This document shows, one piece after another, positions 11,368 to 20,966 of a DNA stretch of 64,000 nucleotides (positions within the stretch are counted from its first letter, which is position 1; every line of letters starts with the position of its first letter). This DNA comes from Spartobacteria bacterium. GTDB taxonomy: Bacteria > Verrucomicrobiota > Verrucomicrobiia > Chthoniobacterales > UBA6821. The notes beneath the pieces are model-generated. The model did no database searches, was not told the origin of the DNA, and saw nothing but the letters and a program-made list of their open reading frames with translations. The stretch is from assembly GCA_947471565.1 (NCBI GenBank), contig CANIVT010000005.1, positions 9,014-73,013 of the forward strand, in the 5' to 3' direction. The position numbers were made by a program, and so were the translations under genes.

Positions 11368-12003
11368 TTACTGTAGCAAACCAGCCTTCAGCTTCTCGAA
11401 GTAAGAGGGGGATGTCATCACGCTATTCGGGGGATCATCGTCGCGGTAATCCTGGGGACGCGGGGTCTTGGGACCGAGCGTGGCATCCTCGGGCTGGGTC
11501 CTGCAGATCTTCACCGGAGTGCCGACCCGGGTCAGCTCCCAGAAATCGCCGGCATCATTGGCGTGGAGACGGACACATCCGTGGCTCTTGGGAGTTGGCC
11601 AAACCCAGCCCTGATGGAAGCCGTAGCCGGGTGAGAACTCAACCCAGTAAGGCATCGGATACCCGACATAGCGCCCCCTGGCAGATCCCGCCTCGCAGGG
11701 AATGATCGCGTCCCGGAAGACAGCAAATCCGTAAGCACCCGAGCGCTTGTTACGCTCCTTGCGGGTCACGCTGAAATTTCCCTGCGGGGTCGGATGGGAA
11801 GGGATTCCGACACAGCAGGCCGTGACCAGCAGGGGGCGGTTCCCCTCCATGACGTAGATCATCTGCTTATCGAGGGAGACCTTCACCACCACCTTGGAAG
11901 GGTCTTTGGGCTTGTAGGCGGGCTGGTCGTAGGATGGGCGGAATGTGGTTGCACAACCGGCGAGCAGGAGAGAGGAAAGGGCGGCAAGGGCGTACTTCTT
12001 CAT
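11368..12003 (-). CDS. L,D-transpeptidase (YkuD-domain) lipoprotein
   Basis: Lipobox LLLAGC after MKKYALAAL, and the catalytic motif HGCVRL. I prefer the ATG at 12003 over the track start at 12030. The gene lies 7 nt upstream of ispH on the same strand. Confidence 0.85.
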   Translation of the reverse strand: MKKYALAALSSLLLAGCATTFRPSYDQPAYKPKDPSKVVVKVSLDKQMIYVMEGNRPLLVTACCVGIPSHPTPQGNFSVTRKERNKRSGAYGFAVFRDAIIPCEAGSARGRYVGYPMPYWVEFSPGYGFHQGWVWPTPKSHGCVRLHANDAGDFWELTRVGTPVKICRTQPEDATLGPKTPRPQDYRDDDPPNSVMTSPSYFEKLKAGLLQ

Positions 12004-12088
12004 GGCGGAATGGAAACTGGAAACCCGCATGATGTCAAACCGCTCCCCCCATCTTTACCTCTTCGGAATCTTCCAATAGATTAACCCT

Positions 12089-12619
12089 TTGCAAAAAATG
12101 ATCAGGCCTGACGATTTTCACTATGCCTTGGAGAACACGCGCGTGGTGGTACCCCCTACCCGTGTCATCGAGACCTACGGGCAGACCAGTTTCCGCTTTC
12201 GGCTTGTAAGCGAGCCGATGGACCAAATCGGATCGGTCCGTATCAGGAAAGGCATGATCCATGCAGAGCGTCCCCGCATCCTTGCTCCGTCCCATCTGAG
12301 CCAGATGATTTTGGAGGGATTCGGCGAACGAGCAAGGGAGTTCGCCGACTGGATGGAGCATCAGCAGGATTTCCATATCCTCCGTTACGGCTTCTCCCTG
12401 AGAAAGACCGACTTGTCCGAGCAGGTGTTGCAGGAGCCCCTGGAGGAGCTAATTCCCCGTCTTGAAGAGGAGATTCGCAGGGAGGATGACCCGCTCAATA
12501 CACTGATTGAGGGGGTGGACGATGCCTGGGAGGTCTGCCTGATGAAATTCACCTCAGACTTGATCAGACGTTCCTCCGAAGAAAACATGGCCGAGTGGAA
12601 GCGTCGGGGCTTCCTCTGA
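12089..12619 (+). CDS. hypothetical protein (176 aa)
   Basis: Clean ORF with ordinary codon composition. I recognise no motif. Confidence 0.5.
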   Translation: MQKMIRPDDFHYALENTRVVVPPTRVIETYGQTSFRFRLVSEPMDQIGSVRIRKGMIHAERPRILAPSHLSQMILEGFGERAREFADWMEHQQDFHILRYGFSLRKTDLSEQVLQEPLEELIPRLEEEIRREDDPLNTLIEGVDDAWEVCLMKFTSDLIRRSSEENMAEWKRRGFL

Positions 12620-12645
12620 AAACCGCAGCACGCAACACTTTACAC

Positions 12646-13548
12646 ATGAGAACGTTCAAAACCCTCACTCTGCTGGTTCTGGCCCTCCTGGTCTTCGGAT
12701 CGGCCGCCTATTTCGGCTACGAACTCTTCATCAAACCGAACCGAATCGAAAAGATGGAGAAAGCCGCCAAGGCAGCAGCACCCTCTCCTACGGCCACCCC
12801 GGATCCCGGAAAACCGGTTTTTGACAGTCTCAAGTCGAGGCAATCCTCAGGCATCACTCCGGCCCTGCGTGACGAATGGGCATCCTGGACGCAGACCTAC
12901 ACGAACTCCCCTCTCCTCCCCGAAGCGCGTCGGAATCTGGGCTCTGCCAACATGATTCTCCTGTTTCAAGCAGGAGCAGATCCGATGATCCCTACCTACA
13001 CGGTCGTGAAGGGCGACTCCCTCGCCAAAATCGCAGCAAAGCAACACTCCAGCGCGGAGCTGATCCAGCGTGCCAATCAACTTCCAAACATCAACCTCCA
13101 GATCGGCCAGCAGCTCCTGATCCCGAACCTGAAAATCTCCCTGGAAATCAATAGGACGGCCAAGACGCTGCGTCTTCTCAACAACGGCGCCTACCTGAAG
13201 GAATACCTGCTCCTCTCCTGCCCCTCGGCTCCGACCAAAGTTCCAGCCATCACCACCAGAGTACTCGACAAGTCGGCGACTGCTGGGACGAAGCGGATCG
13301 CCTTCGGCGACAAAGCCTATGCCACAGCTGAAAAATCGATCCTGATCGCGCAGGCCCCCGCGATTGTTCCTGCCCCTGTTTCACCTGCCCCCTCACCCGC
13401 GGTGACCTCCACAAACGGAACCAATGCTACGCCTGTCACGCCGTCAATAAAGATGGCCCCCATGCCGGGAGGGTTCGTGCTTGCAGCGGAGGATCTTCAG
13501 GAGATCTTTCCCCTCGTCTCACGCAACGCTTCGGTCATCATTCACTGA
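12646..13548 (+). CDS. membrane-anchored LysM peptidoglycan-binding protein
   Basis: N-terminal TM helix (LTLLVLALLVFGSAAYF) and LysM motif YTVVKGDSLAKIAAK..LIQRANQL..IGQQLLIP. The following segment looks like a YkuD fold without the HGC catalytic motif. The ATG at 12646 is preferred. Confidence 0.75.
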   Translation: MRTFKTLTLLVLALLVFGSAAYFGYELFIKPNRIEKMEKAAKAAAPSPTATPDPGKPVFDSLKSRQSSGITPALRDEWASWTQTYTNSPLLPEARRNLGSANMILLFQAGADPMIPTYTVVKGDSLAKIAAKQHSSAELIQRANQLPNINLQIGQQLLIPNLKISLEINRTAKTLRLLNNGAYLKEYLLLSCPSAPTKVPAITTRVLDKSATAGTKRIAFGDKAYATAEKSILIAQAPAIVPAPVSPAPSPAVTSTNGTNATPVTPSIKMAPMPGGFVLAAEDLQEIFPLVSRNASVIIH

Positions 13549-13599
13549 AACCGAGGGATCACGTTCACCCATCTTCCAAACCCTTTTCCCAAAATCGCC

Positions 13600-14544
13600 A
13601 TGACCGTACAGCCCCTTGATTTCGAACTCCACCTTGCCGAACTCGAAAGCCGCGTTTCCGAACTGGCAGAGAAGCGCCCCTCCGAGGATCCCCTGCTGAA
13701 AGCGGCCCGGGAGGACCTCGATAAGGAACGCAAGGCCCTCTACGGCAACCTGACACCGTGGCAGCGCGTCCAGATCGCCCGCCATCCCGCACGTCCCTAT
13801 TTCCTAGATTACATCTCCTCCTGCGTCACCGACTTCGTGGAACTCCACGGTGACCGCCTCTTTGGCGACGACAAGGCGATGCCTGCAGGCATTGGCCGCA
13901 TTGGCGGGCACCGGTGTGTGATTATCGGCCAACAAAAGGGCCGCGACGTGAAGGAAAACGTCCTTCGAAACTTCGGCAGCCCCCATCCCGAGGGCTACCG
14001 CAAGGCGCTCCGCCTCATGCGCTTGGCCGAGCGTTTCGACCTCCCCGTGGTCTGTATCATCGACACTCCGGGTGCCTATCCGGGAGTCGGTGCCGAGGAA
14101 CGGCACATCGCCGAGGCCATCGCCGTGAATCTTCGCGAAATGATGGCCCTGAAGGCCCGGATCGTAGCCGTGGTCATCGGTGAAGGGGGCAGCGGCGGGG
14201 CACTGGGTATCGGCGTTGCCGACCGCGTTCTCATGATGGAGAACGCCTACTACTCCGTCATCTCGCCGGAGGGATGCGCCGCCATCCTGTGGAAGCACCG
14301 CAAGCATGCCCCCGAGGCCGCCGCCGCGCTGAAACTTACCGCGGACAACCTCCAGGAACTCGGCCTCATCGACGGCGTTGTTCCCGAACCGATGGGAGGT
14401 GCACACCGGGATCCCGTGGCAACTTCCGAAACACTCACCCGCACCATCGCCTCCGCGATCGAGACCCTACAAGGGATACCACTGAAGCAGCTACTGGAGG
14501 AGCGTTACGCCAAGTTCCGCGGAATGGGTGTCTTCTCCGAGTGA
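13600..14544 (+). CDS. accA: acetyl-CoA carboxylase carboxyltransferase subunit alpha
   Basis: 314 aa with ARHPARPY, IDTPGAYPG and GEGGSGGALG motifs. Confidence 0.93.
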   Translation: MTVQPLDFELHLAELESRVSELAEKRPSEDPLLKAAREDLDKERKALYGNLTPWQRVQIARHPARPYFLDYISSCVTDFVELHGDRLFGDDKAMPAGIGRIGGHRCVIIGQQKGRDVKENVLRNFGSPHPEGYRKALRLMRLAERFDLPVVCIIDTPGAYPGVGAEERHIAEAIAVNLREMMALKARIVAVVIGEGGSGGALGIGVADRVLMMENAYYSVISPEGCAAILWKHRKHAPEAAAALKLTADNLQELGLIDGVVPEPMGGAHRDPVATSETLTRTIASAIETLQGIPLKQLLEERYAKFRGMGVFSE

Positions 14545-15284
14545 TCCTTGCCTGAACGCGTCCCGCGTGAACTTCCTCCCGAAGGGTCGATCACGAGCGT
14601 GACCTCTCCCCGGGGAGGATGATCCTGATAATAGGCCGAAAGGAGGCCCGGACTACCCTGCCGGTATTCCTCGTGGATCTTAGTCAACTCGCGGCATACC
14701 GAGAGAAGGGAATCGGGCATGATGACAGCCAGATCGGCAAGACAATCGCAGAGCCGGTGCGGTGACTCAAAGTAGACCGAGGTCATTCCAAGAGCAGCGG
14801 CTTTTTTGAGTTCATTCCGCCTTCCCGATCCGGAGGACGGGAGAAATCCACCGAAGAAAAACGGGACGGGAGGGAGTCCGCTCCCTGCAAGGGCCGTCGT
14901 CACCGCACTAGCACCCGGCAGGACAGTGTAGGCGATCCCCTCGGCGACGCAGGCCCTCACCAGGCGGAACCCGGGGTCGCTGACCGAGGGAGTTCCGGCA
15001 TCGGTGACAAGCACGAGTTTCTCCCCACCTCTCAGACGCGCGATCAGTTCCGGAAGACGCCTTTCCTCGTTGTGCTCGTGGAAGCTGACGAGAGGCTTGC
15101 GGGTTTCCAGATGAGCCAGCAAAAGCCCCGCGCGCCGGGTATCTTCGGCGATCACGCCGTCACAGTTTCTGAGAGCCTCAGCGGCCCGGAAGGTCAGATC
15201 CCCGAGGTTCCCGATCGGAGTGCAGAGAAGCGTTAGCGGCGGAAGCCCTTGCTCACTCTCCGGTTGCAGTCCTTCAGCCTTCAA
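14505..15284 (-). CDS. rsmI: 16S rRNA (cytidine1402-2'-O)-methyltransferase
   Basis: TPIGNLGDLTFRA N-terminal motif and a tetrapyrrole-methylase fold. The start is a TTG inside a heptamer repeat. The 3' end overlaps accA by 40 nt, convergently. Confidence 0.83.
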   Translation of the reverse strand: MKAEGLQPESEQGLPPLTLLCTPIGNLGDLTFRAAEALRNCDGVIAEDTRRAGLLLAHLETRKPLVSFHEHNEERRLPELIARLRGGEKLVLVTDAGTPSVSDPGFRLVRACVAEGIAYTVLPGASAVTTALAGSGLPPVPFFFGGFLPSSGSGRRNELKKAAALGMTSVYFESPHRLCDCLADLAVIMPDSLLSVCRELTKIHEEYRQGSPGLLSAYYQDHPPRGEVTLVIDPSGGSSRGTRSGKDHSEKTPIPRNLA

Positions 15285-15298
15285 CCTTAAGCCCTCAG
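15271..15298 (+). repeat. heptamer repeat cttcagc cttcaac cttaagc cctcagc
   Basis: Read directly. It spans the rsmI start and the rsmI/lptE-like intergenic gap. Confidence 0.8.
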
Positions 15299-15308
15299 CG
15301 TGTTCGGC

Positions 15309-15836
15309 CTACCATCCCTCCGCCACCTTGCTAACCAGGTTTTGAGCCATGCGCTGTGCGGCAATCGGGTAGTTCATGTTCTGATTGGTGACGAGATCCG
15401 AATTCACAAGATCGGACTCGCTGAAGAAAGGCGTCACACCCACTGCCGTGCCCTCCATGAGAACAGATCCGGTCACACGATCAATCACCCGGTATTTGAC
15501 GCGAAGCGTCAGCTCAAACTCCGAGGTCTGGAGCACGTTGTTGGCAAAAATACGCATCGGTTGGCGATCCACCGACACAATCGTTCCCTCCACGATGGCA
15601 TCTGCACGGTCGGAAGATTCGATCCGGTATGTGCCGTCCTGCTGGAACTGCTTGGCGACGGCATCGGCCGTCTGTGCCTCGAGGCGGGGCAAAAGGGTCT
15701 TATTGGTAAAGGCAGGCACGGCGATCGTCGTGACACGGCGCATCGGCGTCGGCTTGATTTCCCCAAGGTGATAACCGCAGCCCGAAAGGGACAAAAGGAG
15801 AGGAAGAAGGAAAACTGTCTTTTTCATCGGGATCAC
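15309..15836 (-). CDS. LptE-like LPS-assembly lipoprotein
   Basis: Signal peptide with lipobox LSLSGCGYHL, a classic LptE N-terminus. 175 aa. Confidence 0.58.
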   Translation of the reverse strand: MIPMKKTVFLLPLLLSLSGCGYHLGEIKPTPMRRVTTIAVPAFTNKTLLPRLEAQTADAVAKQFQQDGTYRIESSDRADAIVEGTIVSVDRQPMRIFANNVLQTSEFELTLRVKYRVIDRVTGSVLMEGTAVGVTPFFSESDLVNSDLVTNQNMNYPIAAQRMAQNLVSKVAEGW

Positions 15837-17068
15837 TGGGCCGGCGGAGTGTTCTTCTGGCCGGGTTGTTGGGCAGGGGGTTCCTGCAAGGGGATCGGCT
15901 TTGCATCCCTCATGTCACCCTTCATCTTCGGCTGGGGAAGAGTCTGCTCCTCGCCTACGATCTCTTTCCTGGAAGGACCAGCATAGTTGGCCAAAGCCGT
16001 TGACTCGACCTGGGCCTCAAGACGCTTCTTCTCGGCAAGACGCTCCCCGTTCTCTGGACGCTCCTGACCAACTCGGAGGGAATCCTCCCCGTAGAGGGCC
16101 TTTAACTCGTCGAGGCGAGTCTTCGCCGCAGAGGAATCTGGCGTCTGGGGGAAACGGCGTATCACATCATTGTAATAGATGGATGCCGCCTTGAAATTCT
16201 TGTTGAAATCATAGAAGCGGGCGATCCGCAGCGTGTCTCCGGCCTCACGCGACGTCATTTTCTTCATGTTGTCGTCGGCCTGCTTGGCTTTTTCGCTGTT
16301 GGGATACTGGAGAAGGAAATCCTGATAATTGTTCTGGGACTCCTTGAGGGCTGAGAGATCCTGGGATTTACCATCCATTCCGAGTCGCTGATAGACATAG
16401 CCGATCTGATATTGGGCATCGTCGCAGACAGGGCTATTCGGATATTTGTCGATGAGTTTCTGATAGGCGGAGATCGCCTCTTGCGCCTTGCCTTGCTTTT
16501 CCATGGCGAGGGCCAGATTGAATTGGGTAATGGGTGCGTGCTTGCTGTAGGGAGCCATCTTCAGGATGGAGATGTACATCTCCTCGGCGCGCTCCATCGA
16601 GGGCACCATGGGGATTCCCAGGAAGTTGACCCTTTTCCCCTTCAGGAATGCGTTGGCAATCTCGATCTGCTCGGAGACAGCAGACTCGAAATCGGGCGTC
16701 TGAGGATAGCGCTGAAGGAGGTTCTGATACTCCTTGAAAGAAGCCTCGAAATCCCCTTTCTGTCGCAGCTGCTTGGCGAGACGAAACTGGGCTTTTGGAG
16801 CTTCACTGCTCTTGGGATACGTGCGGGCAACGTAGCGGTAGACAGTAATCGCCTTTTCCGTGTCTCCGCTATCCGCGAAGGAATCGGCGTTAGCCAGCTG
16901 GTCGGTCGCCGACCCTTCCGGGAAAAACTGATTCTCGATAGGCTTGGACTTCACGAGCCCCTCGGATTGGGCACGGATCATACCCGCTCCAGCCTCCAGC
17001 AGAGCAAGGGAAAGAAGGAAAACGAACAAACCTCCCCCAAAGGCGTTTGTTAACCGGAATGAATTCAT
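15833..17068 (-). CDS. BamD/YfiO-like TPR outer-membrane assembly protein with a Pro/Gln-rich C-terminal extension
   Basis: Signal peptide, then repeated TPR-like units with YP(K/Q/N)S..AP(K/I) signatures as in BamD. The tail is low-complexity (PLQEPPAQQPGQKNTPPAQ). There is a 4-nt overlap with the LptE-like gene. Confidence 0.62.
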   Translation of the reverse strand: MNSFRLTNAFGGGLFVFLLSLALLEAGAGMIRAQSEGLVKSKPIENQFFPEGSATDQLANADSFADSGDTEKAITVYRYVARTYPKSSEAPKAQFRLAKQLRQKGDFEASFKEYQNLLQRYPQTPDFESAVSEQIEIANAFLKGKRVNFLGIPMVPSMERAEEMYISILKMAPYSKHAPITQFNLALAMEKQGKAQEAISAYQKLIDKYPNSPVCDDAQYQIGYVYQRLGMDGKSQDLSALKESQNNYQDFLLQYPNSEKAKQADDNMKKMTSREAGDTLRIARFYDFNKNFKAASIYYNDVIRRFPQTPDSSAAKTRLDELKALYGEDSLRVGQERPENGERLAEKKRLEAQVESTALANYAGPSRKEIVGEEQTLPQPKMKGDMRDAKPIPLQEPPAQQPGQKNTPPAQ

Positions 17069-17162
17069 TGGAAAAACCCTGACGCTAGGGAAGGAGCGGG
17101 GGGAGCGTCAAGAGAACGGGTAGGGCCTTCCGAACAACGGAAAGCCCCCCGTATGGAAATGA

Positions 17163-17717
17163 CTAGGCTTTCTTGGAGGCAAGCCCGAGTCCCAACCAAC
17201 CGACCCCGGCGAAGATCAACTCAATGCCGAGAAAGAGGCCCAGGATATAGAATCCGGTGGCGGGCCACTGGGAAATGATGAGACCACCGAGAAGGATCGA
17301 GATGGCAGCGCTAAAAAGCACCCATCCCGCACCGCGGTGATGGCGCATCCGAAAGGCCAGAAAACAGCGGAAAACTCCTCCGATCAGGATGGCCCAACCG
17401 AGAAAGAGGGTAAAGGCGATGGCAGCCTTGAAAGGATGCGCAATGAAGACGTAACCAGCCACGCCGTATGCAATGGCGACCACGGCGTACCAGAGGTGGC
17501 TCTTCCATCCACCGATCGTGAAGACTTTGATCAACTGGAAGGAGCACCCGAACATCAGGATGCACCCGATGAAGGTGGCAACGGCAGCGGTCGTCACAAT
17601 CTCGTAGGTCAGGGCAAAAAAGCCGAGCAGCATCATGGCGAGGCCTCCGGCGATGGCCCAACCGCGGGCAACGTGAGGAACTGGGATCTGGGGAATGGGA
17701 GATGTTGAGGAATCCAT
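17163..17717 (-). CDS. HdeD-family (DUF308) membrane protein
   Basis: Six predicted TM helices with repeated DUF308-like segments (GxxxxxGGxxxxLG). Confidence 0.68.
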   Translation of the reverse strand: MDSSTSPIPQIPVPHVARGWAIAGGLAMMLLGFFALTYEIVTTAAVATFIGCILMFGCSFQLIKVFTIGGWKSHLWYAVVAIAYGVAGYVFIAHPFKAAIAFTLFLGWAILIGGVFRCFLAFRMRHHRGAGWVLFSAAISILLGGLIISQWPATGFYILGLFLGIELIFAGVGWLGLGLASKKA

Positions 17718-17784
17718 ACGACTCTGTGATGCCTCCGGGAGACCTTAATGACAAGGATCAAAAGCCCGGGAGGTGGTCCCCAGC

Positions 17785-17820
17785 CTTGTCACTTTTTAAC
17801 CTTCCACTTTTTTAACTTCC
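17785..17820 (+). repeat. short-period repeat cttgtcac tttttaac cttccac ttttttaac ttcc
   Basis: Read directly. It overlaps the 3' end of the RND permease gene (tail GEVKKVEG). Confidence 0.7.
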
Positions 17821-20800
17821 CCGGCTCCCTCTTCAGCCTTTCCCTTCTCAAACCACCTGAAGCAGACCGGGACGATGAAGATGGCGAGCAACGTGGAGGC
17901 GAGCATCCCTCCCACGACCGTCGATCCGAGGATACGACGGGACACGGCTCCGGATCCGGTGGCAATGGCCAGCGGGACGCACCCGAGAATGAAGGCAAAG
18001 GCAGTCATCAGGATCGGGCGAAGACGAAGTTTGGCGGCATCGAGGGCCGCATCGATCACAGAGCGGCCCTTCTCCATCTCTTCCTTGGCGAACTCCACGA
18101 TTAGGATCGCGTTCTTGGCCGCCAGACCGATGAGCATGATGAGACCGATCTGGGCGTAAACATCGTTGTCCATCTTCCGGACGAAGAGCATCGTAACAGC
18201 ACCAAAGACAGCTATAGGCGTGCAGAAGAGCACGCTCATCGGGAGCGACCAACTCTCGTACTGGGCCGCAAGAATCAGGAAGACGAAGAGCAACGAGAGA
18301 GCGAAGATCGCCCCCGGGGGAATCCCCTGCGCCGCGAGTTTCTCCTCAAACGACATCCCGAAGTAGTCGAAGCCCATCCCCTCAGGCATCGTCTCCTTGA
18401 AGGTCTCCTCCAACGCCTTCATCACCTGTCCTGTGCTGACCCCCGGAGCGCTGTTGATGTTGATCTGGGCGCAGTCGTACATGTTGAAGCGCATCACGAA
18501 CTCGGGACCGGATATCTGCTTCACCTGCAGGAGGCTCGAGAGCGGCACCGGATCTCCGTTCTTGTTGCGCACATAGAAGAGGGAGGCCCCCTTTGGATCG
18601 GTGCGGGCCGCCCCCTCCGCTTGGATGTAGCAGTAGTACTGGAGGTTGAAGCGGTTGAAATAGTTCACCGGGATGCCTCCCAAGAAAGCCTGAAGCGTGG
18701 AATACGCCTCGTGCAGGTCGACCCCGAGCATCATGCACATGGCCGGATCGATGGTCATCGAGATCTGGGGAACGGAGGGAAGATAGGTCGTCGTGACCGA
18801 GCCGACCTCAGGACGCTTCTTGATCGCCGCCATAAACTTGGCCGTGTTGCTCGGCAGGAAATTCGGGTCCGTGCCAAGACGATCCTCAAGGATGAAGGTA
18901 GTACCGCCCGAGGTTCCGATTCCCGGGATTGCCGGAGGAGGGAAGGCGAAGTTGATCGCTCCGGGGACGGGCGCGATCTTCTGGTTGATGGTCCTCAGGA
19001 GACCGAAGGCATCTTCGCCCGGCTTGGTGCGCTCATCCCACGGCTTGAGCGTGATGAAGTAGAACGCGCTGTAGGTATTCTGAACGCCGGATAGGAGATT
19101 GAAGCCGACGATGGTGGTCACGTGGTCGACGCCGGGGATCTTGCTCACGATCTCGGCAACCTGCTTGGAAACAGCGTCGGTCCTCTGCTGGGAGGAGGCA
19201 TTCGGGAGTTGGGAAAAAGCGTAGAGGTAACCGTTGTCCTCTTCGGGAACGAAGGAGCCAGGGAGCTTTGATCCGAAGAACCCCGAGAGCCCCACCATGC
19301 CAGCGAGCAGGAGACCCGCGACGAAAGTCTTCCGAAGAAGGAAGCGGCAGGTGCCGATGTACTTGTTTCGCCCGGCGTCAAAAACTCGATTGAATGCGCG
19401 GTAAAAGGCACCGAGGGGTCCCCCCACCTCCTTGCGCGGACGCAAGAGCATGGCGCCGAGCGCCGGACTAAGACTCAGTGCGTTGAAGGTCGATATGATG
19501 ACCGAGATCGAGATCGTCAGGGCGAACTGCTGGTAGAGCCCGCCGGTGATGCCGGGGAGGAAAACCGTCGGGATAAAGACGGCGGAGAGGATCAGGGCCG
19601 TGGCCACGAGGGGCCCGGTCACCTGCTCCATTGCCTTGGCTGCGGCCTCCTTCGGCGGGAGCCCCTCCTCGATGTGGTGCTCGATCGCCTCGACTACGAC
19701 GATGGCATCGTCGACGACCAGACCGATCGCCAGCACGAGTCCGAAAAGGGAAAGCGTGTTCAGCGAAAATCCGAAGAGAGGGAAGAGCGCGAACGTGCCC
19801 ACCAGCGAGACCGGCACCGCAAGGGCAGGGATCAGGGTCGCGCGCCAGTTCTGGAGGAAGACGAAGACCACGATCAGCACGAGGATCATCGCCTCCACGA
19901 GCGTCTTCTTGATGTCCTCCATGCTGGCCGTCACGGCCAGGGTGGTGTCGAGCGCGGTCTTCATCTTGAGACCTGCCGGGAAGGTCGGGACGTAGGAATT
20001 CATGAGTTTGCGCGCCATGTCGGCGACCTGGAGCGCGTTACTGCCGGGAAGCTGGTAGACGGCAACGATCGTGGCGGGGTGGCCGTTGAAGCGTCCGGCG
20101 ATGTTGTAGGTCTGGGCGCCGAGTTCGACACGTGCCACGTCCTTCACCTTCACGACCGAACCGTTCTGGTCGGCGCGGATCACGATGTTGGCGAACTGCT
20201 CCTCGGTGATCAGACGGCCAGGGGCACGGACCGTGAAAGTCATTTGCTGGCCGGGCGGCACCGGCTCCGCGCCGGTCTGGCCAGAAGGATTCACCGTGTT
20301 CTGCTGATTGACAGCGTCGTAGACCTCCTGCGTCGTGATGTTGAAGTTGGCGAGCTTGGCCGGATCAAGCCAGAGGCGCATCGCATAGGTACCCGCTCCG
20401 AAGACCGTGACGCTCGCGATACCGGTCAGACGGGTGAGCGGATTGACGATGTTGACGTAGGCGTAGTTGGCGAGGAAGACCGAGTCATACCGGTCATCGT
20501 CGGTGTAGAGGGCAAAGCAGATCAACGGCGAGGGAGACGTCTTGATGACGTTGATGCCCTGCTTGACCACCTGCTGGGGAAGCTGGGACTGGGCCTGCGC
20601 CTGACGGATCTGCGTCAGGATCTGGTCGGTGGTCGGGACCGTGTTGTTAGCGAAGATGACGTTGAGCTGCGACTGCCCCGAACTGGAATTCAGGGAGTAC
20701 ATGTACTGCATGTTGTCAACGCCGTTGACCTGCTGCTCGATCGGCGTCGCCACGGCCTGCTTCACCGTCACCGAGTCGGCACCGGGATAGGTGGCCGCCA

Positions 20801-20933
20801 CCTGGATCTGGGGCGGAACGATGTTCGGGAACTGGGAGACGGGCAGTCCGAGCAGACAGACCACGCCGAGGATCACCGTGATGATCGCGATGACCATGGC
20901 CACGATGGGCCGGTTAATGAAAAACTTTGCCAT
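17796..20933 (-). CDS. RND efflux transporter permease (AcrB/HAE1-like)
   Basis: 1045 aa with an N-terminal [16 protein letters not shown] and 12-TM RND architecture. Confidence 0.93.
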   Translation of the reverse strand: MAKFFINRPIVAMVIAIITVILGVVCLLGLPVSQFPNIVPPQIQVAATYPGADSVTVKQAVATPIEQQVNGVDNMQYMYSLNSSSGQSQLNVIFANNTVPTTDQILTQIRQAQAQSQLPQQVVKQGINVIKTSPSPLICFALYTDDDRYDSVFLANYAYVNIVNPLTRLTGIASVTVFGAGTYAMRLWLDPAKLANFNITTQEVYDAVNQQNTVNPSGQTGAEPVPPGQQMTFTVRAPGRLITEEQFANIVIRADQNGSVVKVKDVARVELGAQTYNIAGRFNGHPATIVAVYQLPGSNALQVADMARKLMNSYVPTFPAGLKMKTALDTTLAVTASMEDIKKTLVEAMILVLIVVFVFLQNWRATLIPALAVPVSLVGTFALFPLFGFSLNTLSLFGLVLAIGLVVDDAIVVVEAIEHHIEEGLPPKEAAAKAMEQVTGPLVATALILSAVFIPTVFLPGITGGLYQQFALTISISVIISTFNALSLSPALGAMLLRPRKEVGGPLGAFYRAFNRVFDAGRNKYIGTCRFLLRKTFVAGLLLAGMVGLSGFFGSKLPGSFVPEEDNGYLYAFSQLPNASSQQRTDAVSKQVAEIVSKIPGVDHVTTIVGFNLLSGVQNTYSAFYFITLKPWDERTKPGEDAFGLLRTINQKIAPVPGAINFAFPPPAIPGIGTSGGTTFILEDRLGTDPNFLPSNTAKFMAAIKKRPEVGSVTTTYLPSVPQISMTIDPAMCMMLGVDLHEAYSTLQAFLGGIPVNYFNRFNLQYYCYIQAEGAARTDPKGASLFYVRNKNGDPVPLSSLLQVKQISGPEFVMRFNMYDCAQININSAPGVSTGQVMKALEETFKETMPEGMGFDYFGMSFEEKLAAQGIPPGAIFALSLLFVFLILAAQYESWSLPMSVLFCTPIAVFGAVTMLFVRKMDNDVYAQIGLIMLIGLAAKNAILIVEFAKEEMEKGRSVIDAALDAAKLRLRPILMTAFAFILGCVPLAIATGSGAVSRRILGSTVVGGMLASTLLAIFIVPVCFRWFEKGKAEEGAGEVKKVEG

Positions 20934-20966
20934 GACAGGCTGGTGATGGGGACCGGGATGGTCGGG

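Noticed and set aside
10407-11705. 432-aa ORF antisense to ispH and the L,D-transpeptidase gene
   Set aside because: It overlaps two well-supported genes on the other strand, has a low-complexity Arg/Gly/Asp-rich translation, and has no motifs.
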